NCBI GenBank assembly: GCA_902564265.1
Contig: CACFAI010000005.1
Span: 404 to 64,403, forward strand
Reading direction: 5' to 3'
From: an uncultured Pelagibacteraceae bacterium
GTDB taxonomy: Bacteria; Pseudomonadota; Alphaproteobacteria; Pelagibacterales; Pelagibacteraceae
Length of the DNA: 64,000 nt
Of the stretch, positions 20,331 through 32,365 are shown in pieces; the stretch's first letter is position 1; each line of letters opens with the position of its first letter. Made by a program: the position numbers and the translations under genes. Under the pieces are notes generated by a model. The model had not been told where the DNA came from. It was given only the letters and a program-made list of their open reading frames with translations, and did not search any database.

Positions 20331-22997
20331 ATGGCTCAAAAAACCTTAAATGAAATAAGAAATACTTTTCTCAAATATTTTGAGAAAAATGATCATAAAA
20401 TAGTTGAGTCTAGCAACCTAGTTCCTAATAACGACCCGACATTAATGTTTGCCAATTCTGGAATGGTTCAGTTCAAAAATGTTTTTACTGGATTAGAAAA
20501 AAGAGATTACAAAAGAGCTACCACTTCACAAAAATGTGTTAGAGCAGGTGGAAAACATAATGATTTAGAAAATGTTGGATACACCCCAAGACACCACACA
20601 TTTTTTGAAATGCTTGGAAATTTTTCTTTTGGAGATTACTTTAAAGAAAGAGCAATAGAACTAGCATGGAATTTAATAACTAAAGATTTTGGACTAAATA
20701 AAAATAGACTATATTTTACCGTTTTTAACGAAGATGAAGAAGCATTTAAACTTTGGAAAAAAATATCGGGCTTAAATGAAAATAGAATAATCAAAATTTC
20801 TACTTCAGATAACTTTTGGTCAATGGGCGAAACAGGTCCATGCGGCCCTTGTTCTGAAATTTTTTATGATCATGGAGATCATTTAAAAGGTGGGCTACCT
20901 GGAAGCAAAGATCAAGATGGCGATAGATATATTGAAATTTGGAACTTAGTCTTCATGCAATATGAACAGGTTTCAAAAGACAAAAGAATAGATTTACCTA
21001 AACCTTCAGTAGATACAGGTATGGGTCTTGAAAGAATGGCAGCTCTCCTTCAAGGAACACATGACAATTATAAAACGGATCATTTTTTAAAATTAATAAG
21101 TTCAATCTCTGAAACTGTAAAAGTAAAACCCGATGAAAATAATTTATCAAGTTTTAGAGTTATAGCTGATCATTTAAGGGCGAGTTCGTTTTTACTTGCT
21201 GAAGGTGTACTACCATCTAATGAAGGAAGAGGCTATGTACTTAGAAGAATTATGAGAAGAGGAATGAGACACTCACATTTATTAGGATCTAAAGAACCAA
21301 TTTTTTTCAATATTTTCAAAACTCTTTTAGATGAAATGTCTAAAAATTATCCAGAGTTAAAAAGAGCGGAGTCACTGATCAAAGAAACCTTGAAAATGGA
21401 GGAAGAAAAATTTTTGGTTTTATTAGAAAGAGGCATGAAAATTCTGGATGATGAAATCTCAAAAATAGATAAGGTTCTACCTGGAGAAGTTGCTTTCAAA
21501 CTTTATGATACTTACGGATTTCCGTTAGATTTAACTGAAGACATTCTAAAGAACAAATCTCTTCAAGTAGATAACAATAAGTTTGATGAGATGATGAAAA
21601 AAAGTAGGGAACTAGCAAAAAAGAATTGGAAAGGTTCAGGAGATAGTTCGGTCAGGGAAATTTGGTTTAATCTAAAAGAGAAAATCGGTCCCACTGAATT
21701 TTTAGGTTACGAGACTCATCAGGCTGAAGGAATTGTTACTGCAATTATTAAAAATGATAAAGAAATTCAACAACTAAAAGAAGGAGAAGAAGGACAAATT
21801 ATTTTAAATCAAACACCTTTTTATGGGGAGTCTGGTGGTCAGGTTGGTGATAAAGGTGCAATAACTACCGGTGAAAACGAATTTGAGGTAACTGACGTAC
21901 AAAAAAAAATTGGAAACTTATTTGTTCATTTTGGTAAAGTTTCAAAAGGAATAATTAAACTTAAAGATAATGTTGAACTAAAAATAAACTCAGAAAGACG
22001 TCAAAATATAAGAGCATATCACTCGGCAACACATCTATTACATGAATCTCTTAGAAGAACTTTGGGTACACATGTAATGCAGAAAGGATCATTAGTTGCG
22101 CCAGATAGATTAAGATTTGATTTTAGTCATATGAAACCAATTACAGATGAAGAAATGAAAAAAATTGATGAAAATGTTAACAAGTTTGTAAACTCAAAGA
22201 CAGAAGTCGTCACACGATTAATGACTCCTGAAGAAGGAATTGAACAGGGAGCGATGGCTTTATTTGGGGAAAAATATGGAGATGAAGTTAGAGTTGTCTT
22301 TATGGGTGAAGAAGGTAACAAATATTTTTCAACAGAACTTTGTGGTGGAACACATGTAAAAAACACTGGTGAGGTCGGTAAATTTAAAGTAGTTAGCCAA
22401 TCATCAATAGCAGCAGGTGTTAGACGGATTGAAGCATTAAGAGATGAACAGCTTGAAGAATATCTTAAGTCAAAAGATAAGATGTCTAGTTTGTCTTATC
22501 AAAAAAATGAAGAAACTATTAAATCTTTATCGGGCGAAATTACCAAGCTTGGAGGAAAACCAATTAAAAAATCTGAAGATCTTAAAATTACAATTAAGGA
22601 ATTGACAAAACAATTAGAAGAAATAACAGTAAAAAGTATTTTATCAGATAAGAAAAAAAATATTGTTAAAGATGAGAATATTAAAAAAACAAATATTAGA
22701 TTTCAAAAAATTGATGACTTACCTTTTAAAGAATTAAGAAGACTTGTTGATCAAGGTAAGAAAGATATCAAAGAGGGAATTGTAGTTATATATGCCATTA
22801 AAGATGATAAAATTGGTTTAGCAGTAGGAGTTACAGACTCTTTAACTAAAAAATACGATGCAATAAAATTTGTAAAGTCTGGTTCAGAAATTCTCGGTGG
22901 AAAAGGTGGTGGTGGTAGACCTGATTTTGCCCAAGCTGGTGGAGTTCATTCAAATAAAATAGAAGAAAGTTTTGAAAAGATTAAAAGCTTAATTTAA
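20331..22997 (+). CDS. alaS: Alanine-tRNA ligase
   Basis: [50 protein letters not shown]. Confidence 0.99.
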   Translation: MAQKTLNEIRNTFLKYFEKNDHKIVESSNLVPNNDPTLMFANSGMVQFKNVFTGLEKRDYKRATTSQKCVRAGGKHNDLENVGYTPRHHTFFEMLGNFSFGDYFKERAIELAWNLITKDFGLNKNRLYFTVFNEDEEAFKLWKKISGLNENRIIKISTSDNFWSMGETGPCGPCSEIFYDHGDHLKGGLPGSKDQDGDRYIEIWNLVFMQYEQVSKDKRIDLPKPSVDTGMGLERMAALLQGTHDNYKTDHFLKLISSISETVKVKPDENNLSSFRVIADHLRASSFLLAEGVLPSNEGRGYVLRRIMRRGMRHSHLLGSKEPIFFNIFKTLLDEMSKNYPELKRAESLIKETLKMEEEKFLVLLERGMKILDDEISKIDKVLPGEVAFKLYDTYGFPLDLTEDILKNKSLQVDNNKFDEMMKKSRELAKKNWKGSGDSSVREIWFNLKEKIGPTEFLGYETHQAEGIVTAIIKNDKEIQQLKEGEEGQIILNQTPFYGESGGQVGDKGAITTGENEFEVTDVQKKIGNLFVHFGKVSKGIIKLKDNVELKINSERRQNIRAYHSATHLLHESLRRTLGTHVMQKGSLVAPDRLRFDFSHMKPITDEEMKKIDENVNKFVNSKTEVVTRLMTPEEGIEQGAMALFGEKYGDEVRVVFMGEEGNKYFSTELCGGTHVKNTGEVGKFKVVSQSSIAAGVRRIEALRDEQLEEYLKSKDKMSSLSYQKNEETIKSLSGEITKLGGKPIKKSEDLKITIKELTKQLEEITVKSILSDKKKNIVKDENIKKTNIRFQKIDDLPFKELRRLVDQGKKDIKEGIVVIYAIKDDKIGLAVGVTDSLTKKYDAIKFVKSGSEILGGKGGGGRPDFAQAGGVHSNKIEESFEKIKSLI

Positions 22998-24203
22998 CTT
23001 CTTTTTCAAGTTTCCATCGATTGCATCAAGAAATTGATTTGTAGTAAGGTATTTTTGATTTGTATCTATTAAAATTGCTAAGTCTTTAGTCATTGATCCA
23101 GTTTCAACACATTCAATACAAACTTTTTCTAACGTATTTGCAAATTTTATTAGCTCATCATTTACATCTAATTTTCCTCTATGAGCAAGTCCTCTAGTCC
23201 AAGCAAAAATTGATGCTATAGGATTTGTTGAAGTTTCTTTTCCTTGTTGATGCATTCGATAATGTCTAGTAACAGTTCCATGAGCAGCCTCTGCTTCCAT
23301 TGTTCTTCCATCTGGTGCAAGCAAAACACTGGTCATAAGTCCAAGAGAACCATATCCCTGGGCAACAGTATCTGACTGAACGTCACCATCATAGTTTTTA
23401 CAAGCCCAAATATATTTTCCACTCCACTTCATTGCGCAAGCAACCATGTCGTCTATAAGCCTATGTTCATAGGTTAAATTGTTCTTTTCAAATGACGACT
23501 TAAATTCTTTTTCAAAAACACTCTGAAATATGTCTTTAAATCTTCCATCGTAAGTTTTTAAAATTGTGTTCTTTGTTGATAGGTAAACTGGCCACTTTTT
23601 AATCAATCCATAGTTAAAGCAAGATCGAGCAAAATCTTCTATTGATTTATCTAAATTGTACATTGATAAGGCCACCCCTGATCCTGGGAAATTGAATACC
23701 TCATAATTTTTGGTATCTTTACCATCTTCAGATGTCCACTTAATTTCAAGTTTTCCCTTTCCAGGTACTTTAAAATCGGTTGCTCTATATTGATCTCCAA
23801 ATGCATGTCTTCCAATAATTACGGGATCAGTCCATGATGGTACTAATCTTGGAACATTTTTACAAATAATAGGTTCTCTAAATACAGTTCCTCCAATGAT
23901 ATTTCTGATTGTACCATTTGGGGATCTCCACATTTTTTTTAAATTAAATTCTTTTACACGTGCCTCGTCAGGTGTAATTGTTGCACATTTAATACCCACA
24001 CCATTCTTCTTAATTGCATTCGCACAATCAATAGTTATTTGATCTGAAGTATCATCTCTGCTTTTCATACCAAGATCGTAATATTCAATACCCAAATCAA
24101 GATAAGGTAATATCAGTTTATTCTTAATAAACTCCCAGATTACTCTTGTCATTTCATCGCCATCCAACTCGACGATTGGATTTTTGACCTTAATTTTGCT
24201 CAT
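22989..24203 (-). CDS. icd: NADP-dependent isocitrate dehydrogenase (type II)
   Basis: [42 protein letters not shown]. Confidence 0.98.
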   Translation of the reverse strand: MSKIKVKNPIVELDGDEMTRVIWEFIKNKLILPYLDLGIEYYDLGMKSRDDTSDQITIDCANAIKKNGVGIKCATITPDEARVKEFNLKKMWRSPNGTIRNIIGGTVFREPIICKNVPRLVPSWTDPVIIGRHAFGDQYRATDFKVPGKGKLEIKWTSEDGKDTKNYEVFNFPGSGVALSMYNLDKSIEDFARSCFNYGLIKKWPVYLSTKNTILKTYDGRFKDIFQSVFEKEFKSSFEKNNLTYEHRLIDDMVACAMKWSGKYIWACKNYDGDVQSDTVAQGYGSLGLMTSVLLAPDGRTMEAEAAHGTVTRHYRMHQQGKETSTNPIASIFAWTRGLAHRGKLDVNDELIKFANTLEKVCIECVETGSMTKDLAILIDTNQKYLTTNQFLDAIDGNLKKKLN

Positions 24204-24279
24204 ATTTATGTATATATCTTAGTAATTGAATTTCTGCTTTTTATATACATATTAATCAGAAATTATCAAATAAAGGATT

Positions 24280-24927
24280 ATGATAGATAAAGTTTTTCCG
24301 AAAATACATAACGAAGGTTATAAGTTTTTAGTAATCTTTGGACTTGGAACACTTGTTTTATATTTAATAAGTGGTTTCTTGGGTTTATTAGGTATTATTC
24401 TTACAATATGGGTTTACTATTTTTTTAGAGATCCAGACAGATTCCCAATAAATGATGAAAATTATCTTGTAAGTCCGGCTGATGGATTAGTGATAAAAGT
24501 AGAGGAAGTTAATGGTCCCTCGGAACTTTCCTTAGAGAATAAAAAATTTACCAAAGTAAGCGTGTTCATGAATGTTTTCGATTGTCACGTAAATAGAATT
24601 CCATGCAGTGGTGAAATTGAGGAAATCTTATATAAACCTGGCAAGTTTTTAAATGCGTCATTAGACAAAGCTAGCGAAGACAATGAAAGAAATTATTACA
24701 AAATAAAGAATAGTGATGGTGATCAAGTAGTAGTTGTTCAGATAGCTGGTTTGATTGCTAGACGTATTGTTACTGAGACAAACAAAGGAGAAAAACTAAA
24801 TCAAGGTGATCGAATAGGAATGATTAGATTTGGTAGTAGAGCTGACATATATTTTGAAAACTACAAACCTTTAGTCAAAGTAAATCAAAGAGCAGTGGCT
24901 GGAGAGACATTAATTGCAAAAAAATAA
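24280..24927 (+). CDS. psd: Phosphatidylserine decarboxylase proenzyme
   Basis: FFRDP, SPADG, HVNR.P, RFGSR cleavage motif. Confidence 0.95.
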   Translation: MIDKVFPKIHNEGYKFLVIFGLGTLVLYLISGFLGLLGIILTIWVYYFFRDPDRFPINDENYLVSPADGLVIKVEEVNGPSELSLENKKFTKVSVFMNVFDCHVNRIPCSGEIEEILYKPGKFLNASLDKASEDNERNYYKIKNSDGDQVVVVQIAGLIARRIVTETNKGEKLNQGDRIGMIRFGSRADIYFENYKPLVKVNQRAVAGETLIAKK

Positions 24928-24928
24928 A

Positions 24929-25726
24929 ATGGAACAACAAAATAAAAACTTCAAATTAGTTGCGAACAAAAAAACAAGATCAATTTTACCCAATATGTTT
25001 ACATTAGTCGGAGTGTGTATAGGTTTAACGTCTATTAAATTTGCTTTCGATGGTAGGTTTGGTTTTGCAGTTTTAGCAATTTTAGTAGCCGGGATAATAG
25101 ATGGTCTTGATGGAAGAATTGCACGACTTATTAAAGGAACATCTGAAGTTGGTAAAGAACTTGACTCTCTAACAGATGTTATAAGTTTTGGGGTTGCTCC
25201 GGCTTTTATAATGTATTTTTGGTCCCTAAATAATCTTGGAAGAATAGGGTGGTTAGTCTGTTTGATTTATGTAATTTGTGTTGCTTTAAGATTGGCTAGA
25301 TTTAATATTACTTCAAATACCAACGCAAAGTGGAAAGATAATTTTTTTGAAGGTGTTCCGTCACCAGCTGGGGGTATTTTAGTTTTATTTCCTTTAATTT
25401 ATAGTTTTAGTGAATTTCAACTTTTTTCAATTGAAAACAAATATCTGGTTCCTGGTTTTTTTATTTTAACTTCAATATTATTAATCAGTAAAATACCAAC
25501 TTATTCTTTTAAAAAGATTGTAGTCCCTAGAAGATTAACAATCTTTTTATTATTCGCGTTAATTTTATTTTTTGGGATGTTATTAATCTATACTTACAAT
25601 TTTATGGTAATATCAACGTTAATATATTTACTTCTTATACCAATTAGCTTTTTCCATTTTCGCAGCTTGTCCAAAAAATTCAGTCATGTTAGCCAAGATG
25701 GTGAAGATCAAGAAGATGTTCTTTAA
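24929..25726 (+). CDS. pssA: CDP-diacylglycerol-serine O-phosphatidyltransferase
   Basis: DGLDGRIAR...G.ELDSLTD CDP-alcohol motif, LRLARFN; likely ATG at 24929. Confidence 0.93.
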   Translation: MEQQNKNFKLVANKKTRSILPNMFTLVGVCIGLTSIKFAFDGRFGFAVLAILVAGIIDGLDGRIARLIKGTSEVGKELDSLTDVISFGVAPAFIMYFWSLNNLGRIGWLVCLIYVICVALRLARFNITSNTNAKWKDNFFEGVPSPAGGILVLFPLIYSFSEFQLFSIENKYLVPGFFILTSILLISKIPTYSFKKIVVPRRLTIFLLFALILFFGMLLIYTYNFMVISTLIYLLLIPISFFHFRSLSKKFSHVSQDGEDQEDVL

Positions 25727-26641
25727 ATGAAAACAAACGCTATAGTTTCATTAGCAGATGAAAAGTATTTTGATTTATTAATTGAATTAATTGACTCAAT
25801 AAAAAAGAACCCTGAGAGCAAAGATATAGCAATTTGCGTACTTGATGCAGGTTTAAACGACAATCAAAGACAACAATTAAAAAACAAAGTTGATGAAGTT
25901 ACAAAAGCAGAGTGGGATATTGAAGTTTCAAATTTAAAAGTAATGGGAAAAGAATGGCTCAAAAGTCAAGTGTCTCGTGCATTTCTACCAAAATATTTTC
26001 CAAAATATGAAAAGTATCTTTGGATAGATTGTGATGCATGGGTCAACGATTGGAAATGTGTAGATTTATATTTCAAAGCATGTGAAAAAGGAAAACTGGG
26101 AATAACTCAAACAATGGGCCCAGGCTATAAAATAATGTCAAAAGTAAAATGGTTATTTGGAAAATTAGCAATTGTTAAAAGTCAAAATTTTAAACATGCT
26201 CTTTCATCGAATATTGATATTTCAAAATCAAGAAAACTTGCGTTTGCACCACATATTAATATTGGTGTATTTTCACTTCAAAAAAATTCACCGTGTTGGG
26301 AGGTATGGCAAAAAAATCTAAGACAAACTTTAAAAAGTGGAAAAATTTTTGGCTCAGAAGGGTTAGCAATAAATCTAAGTGTTTACATAGATGAAGTAGA
26401 TACAGAATTTTTACCTTTAAATTGCAACTGGATTGCAAGCAATTTACTTCCAAAATACGATAGTATTCAAAAAACATTTGTAGAGCCCTTCTTACCGAAT
26501 AACAAAATTGGCATTATGCATTTAGCTGCAGGAATATGGAAAAATAATGTTGATATGAGATTAGATAAAAATATAAAAATCGATATTTACAATCTTCAAG
26601 ACAAAAAAGAAAATAAAAGCTTAAGGTTTAAGAATAGTTGA
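25727..26641 (+). CDS. GT8-like glycosyltransferase
   Basis: AD..YF, KYLWIDCDAW (DxD), NIGVF, MHLA. Confidence 0.7.
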   Translation: MKTNAIVSLADEKYFDLLIELIDSIKKNPESKDIAICVLDAGLNDNQRQQLKNKVDEVTKAEWDIEVSNLKVMGKEWLKSQVSRAFLPKYFPKYEKYLWIDCDAWVNDWKCVDLYFKACEKGKLGITQTMGPGYKIMSKVKWLFGKLAIVKSQNFKHALSSNIDISKSRKLAFAPHINIGVFSLQKNSPCWEVWQKNLRQTLKSGKIFGSEGLAINLSVYIDEVDTEFLPLNCNWIASNLLPKYDSIQKTFVEPFLPNNKIGIMHLAAGIWKNNVDMRLDKNIKIDIYNLQDKKENKSLRFKNS

Positions 26642-27249
26642 AAAAAAATAAGATATCTAAAAGTTGGGTTATAAGACAAAGAAGAGATAAATATGTTCGT
26701 CAATCAAAGTTAGAAGGTTATAGATCTAGGGCAGTATATAAACTTAAAGAATTAGACGAAAAATTTAAAATTATTAAAAATAATTTAAATATTTTGGATG
26801 TGGGTTCTGCACCTGGAAGCTGGACACAGTATCTATCTGAAAAATCAAAAGGTTCAAAAATAATGTCTATTGATCTTAAAGAAGTTGAGAAAATAAAAGA
26901 TGTTTATCATATTGTCGGTAATTTTTTGGATAATAAAAACCAAAAAATGATTGCAGATTATTTTCCAAAAAAAATAGATCTTGTAGTCTCTGATATGGCA
27001 GTTAATACAACTGGAAATAAAAATTTAGATTCAATTCAAACGGGTGAACTTTCTTTAACGGCAATGGACTTTGCTATTGGTATGCTGCGACCAAGAGGAA
27101 TTTTCTTATCGAAAATTTTTATGGGCTCAACATTTAATGAAATTGTTGAAAATGCAAAAAAAAACTTTAAAGAAAGTAAAATCTTTAAACCACCTTCAAG
27201 TAGAAAAGACTCAAAAGAAAGCTTCATCATTTGTAAAAATTTAAGATAG
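26638..27249 (+). CDS. rlmE: 23S rRNA Um2552 methyltransferase
   Basis: YRSRAVYKL, DVGSAPGSW, SDMA, KP.SSR..S.E. Confidence 0.95.
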   Translation: MKKNKISKSWVIRQRRDKYVRQSKLEGYRSRAVYKLKELDEKFKIIKNNLNILDVGSAPGSWTQYLSEKSKGSKIMSIDLKEVEKIKDVYHIVGNFLDNKNQKMIADYFPKKIDLVVSDMAVNTTGNKNLDSIQTGELSLTAMDFAIGMLRPRGIFLSKIFMGSTFNEIVENAKKNFKESKIFKPPSSRKDSKESFIICKNLR

Positions 27250-27286
27250 TCACTTTAAAATTTTCAGGAATCGTATATAAACTATT

Positions 27287-28363
27287 ATGGATCCTATAAA
27301 AGAAGCACTTACCTTTGATGATGTCACTTTGGCGCCAAAATATTCTTCTGTACTTCCGTCTGAAGTCAACACTTCTGTCAAACTGTCAAAAAACTTGAGT
27401 CTTGAAATACCATTGCTCTCATCTGCTATGGACACCGTTACAGAATCTAAAATGGCAATTGAAATTGCAAAGGCAGGTGGTATTGGGGTTATTCACAGAA
27501 ATCTGTCTATTAGTGATCAGTTATTAGAAATAAAAAAAGTTCAAAAAAAAGGGCTTGCAGTTGGAGCAGCAGTTGGGACCAATGATACTGAACTATCTCG
27601 CGCAGAGAAAATTATTAAAAGTAAAGTTGATTTAGTTGTTGTGGATACAGCGCATGGCCATACTAAAAGAGTAGCAAATATAATTAAGTTTATTAAAAAA
27701 AAAAAATCGAGTAAAACATCTTTGTGCGCTGGAAATATAGCAACAGCCGAAGCGGCAAAATTTTTATGCAAACTTGGAGTAGATATAGTAAAAGTAGGAA
27801 TTGGACCAGGATCGATTTGCACAACTAGACTTGTTGCTGGTATTGGTGTTCCACAGTTAAGTGCATTACTAGATGTAAAAAAAGGGTTAAGCAAAAATGT
27901 TAAAATGATTTCTGATGGCGGAGTTAAATTTTCTGGAGATATTGCAAAAGCACTTGCAGCAGGTGCAGATGCTGTAATGGTAGGATCAATGATTGCTGGA
28001 ACTAACGAGGCTCCGGGTAGGATTATAAAAAAAAATGGAAAGTTGTTTAAAGTTTTTAGGGGAATGGGATCAGTTGGAGCGATGAACAAAGGGTCTGCTG
28101 ACAGATATTTCCAAAAAAAACAAAAGGATAGTTCAAAATATGTTCCAGAGGGAGTAGAAGGTTTGATTAAATATAAAGGCGATGTATCTAAGATAATTTT
28201 TAAACTTATCGGAGGACTTAAATCATCGATGGGCTACTTGGGTTCTAAAAATGTAATTAATTTAAGGAATAAACCAAAATTTGTTAAAATTACAAAAGCT
28301 GGATTTTATGAGAGTATGGTTCATAGTATAGATGAGGTGAAAAAAAACAGCCAATATTTATGA
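27287..28363 (+). CDS. guaB: IMP dehydrogenase lacking CBS domains
   Basis: LTFDDV, SAMDTVTE, GIGPGSICTTR, GMGS, VPEGVEG; 358 aa. Confidence 0.95.
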   Translation: MDPIKEALTFDDVTLAPKYSSVLPSEVNTSVKLSKNLSLEIPLLSSAMDTVTESKMAIEIAKAGGIGVIHRNLSISDQLLEIKKVQKKGLAVGAAVGTNDTELSRAEKIIKSKVDLVVVDTAHGHTKRVANIIKFIKKKKSSKTSLCAGNIATAEAAKFLCKLGVDIVKVGIGPGSICTTRLVAGIGVPQLSALLDVKKGLSKNVKMISDGGVKFSGDIAKALAAGADAVMVGSMIAGTNEAPGRIIKKNGKLFKVFRGMGSVGAMNKGSADRYFQKKQKDSSKYVPEGVEGLIKYKGDVSKIIFKLIGGLKSSMGYLGSKNVINLRNKPKFVKITKAGFYESMVHSIDEVKKNSQYL

Positions 28364-28800
28364 GGAATATAAATAAATTTTTTTTAATTTTGATTTTATT
28401 GTTTTTTAATACTATTGCTTATGGCTCAGAAAATTTTTACGACCGAGCAGTAGAGAAATTTAATGCCAAAAAATTTGATGATTCAAAATTTTTGTTTCAT
28501 AGAAATATTGTATTTAACCCAACAGACGCTAAATCTTACTTGTATTTAGCTAAAATTTTCAATTCTGAAAAAAACCAGAAAGAAGAAGAAAAAAATTTAA
28601 ACACCACTCTTCTACTCGAACCAAATAATGAAGAAGCAATTTATATGCTAATACAAATTAATCTGGACAAATCAAATTTTTCTAAAGCAAATGAATTGTT
28701 AACAAAACTAAATATAGTTTGTAAGGATTTTTGCTCCAAAAAAAAAGAAATTGAAAAAACACTCCAAAATCTTGAAGCAAAAAATGAAAAAGAACAATAG
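28360..28800 (+). CDS. Exported TPR-repeat protein
   Basis: Signal peptide; TPR-like helices [19 protein letters not shown]. Confidence 0.75.
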   Translation: MRNINKFFLILILLFFNTIAYGSENFYDRAVEKFNAKKFDDSKFLFHRNIVFNPTDAKSYLYLAKIFNSEKNQKEEEKNLNTTLLLEPNNEEAIYMLIQINLDKSNFSKANELLTKLNIVCKDFCSKKKEIEKTLQNLEAKNEKEQ

Positions 28801-30343
28801 AGCTAAGAAAATTCTTATAATTGATTTTGGTTCTCAATATACTCAATTAATTGCAAGACGCATAAGAGAGCTTGGTGTTTTTTCAGAAATATCAAATCAC
28901 AAACAAATTAAAAAAGTTAATATAGAAGATCTCTTTGGGATTATTTTATCAGGTGGTCCTTTAAACGTTTACGAAGATAAAAAAATAAATTTTAATAAAA
29001 AGATTTTAAATTTGAAAGTTCCTATTTTAGGTCTTTGCTTTGGCCATCAATTAATTTCAAGATATTATGGTGGCAAGGTTATAACAGCAAAAAATAGAGA
29101 GTTCGGTTTGGCTACTATTAAAAAAGAATTAAAATCAAAATTAACCAAAAACTTTTTTGATAACCATAAACAAAGGAATGTATGGATGAGCCATGCGGAT
29201 CACGTAACGAAATTACCAAAAGGCTTTAAGGGAATAGCATCGACAAAAGGTTCAAAATTTACGATAATTGAAAATGATGCAATCAAGAGATATGGTGTTC
29301 AATTCCACCCTGAAGTAACTCACACAGAAAAAGGAATTTTATTACTCAAAAATTTTGTTTTTGATATATGTAAGTCAAAAAAAAATTGGTCAACAGATCA
29401 TCAAAAGAAAACACTAATAAAAAATGTTCAAAATCAAATTGGTGACAAAAAAATAATATGCGCACTCTCTGGGGGTGTAGATAGCAGCGTTGTAGCACAA
29501 TTGTTAAATAAAGCAGTTGGTAAACAATTACACTGTATATTCGTTAACACAGGTTTATTAAGACTTAATGAAGAAAAACAAGTAGTAAATACTTTTAAAA
29601 AAAAACTAAAAATGAATTTGATATATGCAAATGCAGCGGATGAATTTTTAAATAAATTAAAGAATGTTACAGACCCTGAAAAAAAGAGAAAAATAATTGG
29701 AAATTTATTTATAAAAATTTTTGAACGATATGCAAAAAAATTAAAGAACGTGAAATTTTTAGCCCAAGGAACTTTATATCCAGATTTAATTGAAAGTAAG
29801 TCAGTTACTGGAAGTCAAACATCTAAAATTAAATCACATCACAATGTTGGTGGATTGCCAAAAAAAATGAAATTGGAATTATGTGAACCACTAAGATTAC
29901 TTTTTAAGGATGAAGTGAGAAAACTTGGAATCAAATTAAATTTATCTAAGGACATAATTGGTCGTCACCCATTTCCAGGGCCTGGATTGGCAATAAGAAT
30001 GCCAGGCAAAGTCTCAAAAGATAAAATAGAAATATTAAAACAGGCAGATGATATTTTTATTTCAGAACTTAAAAAAGAAAAATTATATGATAAAATTTGG
30101 CAGGCATATGCCGCTTTGTTACCGGTAAAAACTGTTGGTGTTATGGGTGATAATAGAACTTATGAGTATATTTGCCTGTTAAGAGCAATAACTTCTCAAG
30201 ATGGTATGACAGCAGATTTTTTTGATTTTCCTAAAAATTTCATACAAAATGTATCTAATAAAATTATAAACAACATTAGAGGAATAAACAGAGTAGTTTA
30301 TGACGTCACTTCAAAACCGCCGAGCACTATTGAATTGGAATAA
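28784..30343 (+). CDS. guaA: GMP synthase (glutamine-hydrolysing)
   Basis: [40 protein letters not shown]; likely ATG at 28784. Confidence 0.98.
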   Translation: MKKNNRAKKILIIDFGSQYTQLIARRIRELGVFSEISNHKQIKKVNIEDLFGIILSGGPLNVYEDKKINFNKKILNLKVPILGLCFGHQLISRYYGGKVITAKNREFGLATIKKELKSKLTKNFFDNHKQRNVWMSHADHVTKLPKGFKGIASTKGSKFTIIENDAIKRYGVQFHPEVTHTEKGILLLKNFVFDICKSKKNWSTDHQKKTLIKNVQNQIGDKKIICALSGGVDSSVVAQLLNKAVGKQLHCIFVNTGLLRLNEEKQVVNTFKKKLKMNLIYANAADEFLNKLKNVTDPEKKRKIIGNLFIKIFERYAKKLKNVKFLAQGTLYPDLIESKSVTGSQTSKIKSHHNVGGLPKKMKLELCEPLRLLFKDEVRKLGIKLNLSKDIIGRHPFPGPGLAIRMPGKVSKDKIEILKQADDIFISELKKEKLYDKIWQAYAALLPVKTVGVMGDNRTYEYICLLRAITSQDGMTADFFDFPKNFIQNVSNKIINNIRGINRVVYDVTSKPPSTIELE

Positions 30344-31119
30344 TGAACAATAAAATAAAAAAAATTTTAAAGAAAAAAAATAAATCAAAGATTGTTTGCC
30401 TTACAGCTTATTCCAAAAATATTGCTGAAATTGTTGATGATCATGCGGATATAGTTTTAGTCGGAGACTCTCTTGGATCTGTGTTATATAATTATGAAAC
30501 AACAAGAAAAGTAACTCTAAATATGATGATCGAACATACGAAGAGTGCCAGAATGGGGGTTAAAAAAAGCCTTTTAGTAATTGATCTTCCTTATAATACT
30601 TACAGAAATAAATCTGAGGCATTTAAAAACTCTAAGAAAGCAATAAAAGAGACAAAATGTGATGCTGTTAAAGTCGAGGGGGGAACAAGAGTGAAAGAAA
30701 TAGTAAAACATTTAGTAGAAAATAGAATACCAGTATTGGGCCATATTGGTGTGACACCTCAAACGACTAAAGGAAAATTTAGATCTAAAGGTAAGAATGA
30801 GTCAGAAAAAAGAAAACTTTTAAGGGATGCTCAAGATTTAGAGCAAAGTGGAGCTTTTGGAATTGTTTTAGAATGTATTTATAGTGATGTCTCAAAACAA
30901 ATTACAAACTCATTAAATATACCAACAATTGGAATTGGTGCTTCAGTAAATTGTGATGGTCAGGTTCTTGTAACCGATGATTTAATTGGTTTGAATGAGA
31001 CAAGATTTAGATTTGTAAAAAAATTTGGAAACATTAAAAAAAACATTAAAAGTGCGGTTATAAAATATAAAAATTCAATAAAACAAAAAAAATTCCCCTC
31101 AAAAAAAAACAGTTATTAA
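30343..31119 (+). CDS. panB: 3-methyl-2-oxobutanoate hydroxymethyltransferase
   Basis: LVGDSLG, VKVEGG, GHIG.TPQ, IGIGA...DGQVLV. Confidence 0.95.
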   Translation: MNNKIKKILKKKNKSKIVCLTAYSKNIAEIVDDHADIVLVGDSLGSVLYNYETTRKVTLNMMIEHTKSARMGVKKSLLVIDLPYNTYRNKSEAFKNSKKAIKETKCDAVKVEGGTRVKEIVKHLVENRIPVLGHIGVTPQTTKGKFRSKGKNESEKRKLLRDAQDLEQSGAFGIVLECIYSDVSKQITNSLNIPTIGIGASVNCDGQVLVTDDLIGLNETRFRFVKKFGNIKKNIKSAVIKYKNSIKQKKFPSKKNSY

Positions 31120-31126
31120 TTAAAAA

Positions 31127-32317
31127 TTACCTTTGCTGTCTTGTTTTAAATTTACCATTTATAATTTCTTTTTCTAAAAATGTTCCAAAGGCATCTCCAT
31201 TTATATCTAATTCAACATTAGTAGCTCCTTCGTAATTAATTTTTTTCCCTTTTTTTAGAAGTTTTAAACCTTTAGCAATCTCACCTGGATAGATTTTAGT
31301 ACCCGGAGAATTGCTCACTGACATAATACTTTTAGATAAATTATTATCTGATTTAAAATTTTTTTCTTGCAAAGCAAGAATAAGTATAGCTGCTGCGTCA
31401 TAAGACTCCCCGATAAATGGTCCTGAAGTATCAATATTATTTTTTTTGGCAATTTTAAAAAATGAGTTAATATTTTTGGCATTTGAACCTGGAATTATTC
31501 CAAATGAATTATTAATTAATTCGCCAAATTTTTTTTCGGTAGATTCATTAATCATCCTATCTGATAAAATGAATTTTTCAAAAGCACCTGAGTCAAGAAT
31601 TGACTTAATTAATCTTTCCCCATCTTGTTTAATGTCAGTAAAAATTGCTACAGCGTCTCCTCCTGCAGCAGCTAAGACTGACACCTCATTTGAAAGATCA
31701 GTTTTATTTACCTTTATGGGTACGCTCACGGTAATCTCTACATTGCTATCATTAAGTGTTCTTTTAAAATTTCTCTCAAGTTCTTTTCCATAATTTGTGT
31801 CTTGGAATGAAACAGCAATACGCTTGATACCTCTATCTTTCGTAATTTTAGCTAAAACTTCACCATCTCTATTGCTTGGAGCAGTGGTTCTAAAAAATAA
31901 GTTTTTTTCATCTAACATAGACAACAACGGAGTAGTTGCTGACGGGGAAATCATAGGAATGTTTTTTTCATTAGCCGATCCCAAAAGTATTCCTTCAGAT
32001 ATCTCAGGGCAAGCAGCACCAATAATTGCAATAATGTTATTTTTGTTAATTATATTATTTATTGATTTAATTTGGGACTTGTCGCACATTGTATCTATTT
32101 TAATTGAATTGATTTTTTCCTTACCACTTAAAAATATTTTTGAGGAATTTGCCTCTGAAATTGCTAATTCCGCTGAAGATGCCATACTCGGAACAATAGA
32201 TTCTGTCGGGCCTGTAAAACCAAGAGCTATACCGATAGTAATTTCATTCGCTTTGATTTCTGTTTGATTAGCCATGAAACAGAATAAAAAAAGAATACAA
32301 AAAATTTTTTTTCTCAT
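31127..32317 (-). CDS. Orphan ABC substrate-binding protein, LivJ-like (type I PBP)
   Basis: Signal peptide, GFTGP, SPSAT, FFRT, YDAA, NYEGA; likely ATG at 32317. Confidence 0.85.
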   Translation of the reverse strand: MRKKIFCILFLFCFMANQTEIKANEITIGIALGFTGPTESIVPSMASSAELAISEANSSKIFLSGKEKINSIKIDTMCDKSQIKSINNIINKNNIIAIIGAACPEISEGILLGSANEKNIPMISPSATTPLLSMLDEKNLFFRTTAPSNRDGEVLAKITKDRGIKRIAVSFQDTNYGKELERNFKRTLNDSNVEITVSVPIKVNKTDLSNEVSVLAAAGGDAVAIFTDIKQDGERLIKSILDSGAFEKFILSDRMINESTEKKFGELINNSFGIIPGSNAKNINSFFKIAKKNNIDTSGPFIGESYDAAAILILALQEKNFKSDNNLSKSIMSVSNSPGTKIYPGEIAKGLKLLKKGKKINYEGATNVELDINGDAFGTFLEKEIINGKFKTRQQR

Positions 32318-32365
32318 GATTAGGTAAAACAAAAATATGCCATGATTAATACTTTTTCAATTAGG

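Noticed and set aside
27541-28089. Long antisense ORFs (e.g. 27541-28089, 44932-45483, 31797-32267, 42380-42844, 56126-56521, 1803-2000)
   Set aside because: They shadow well-supported genes or the tRNA and carry no recognisable motifs
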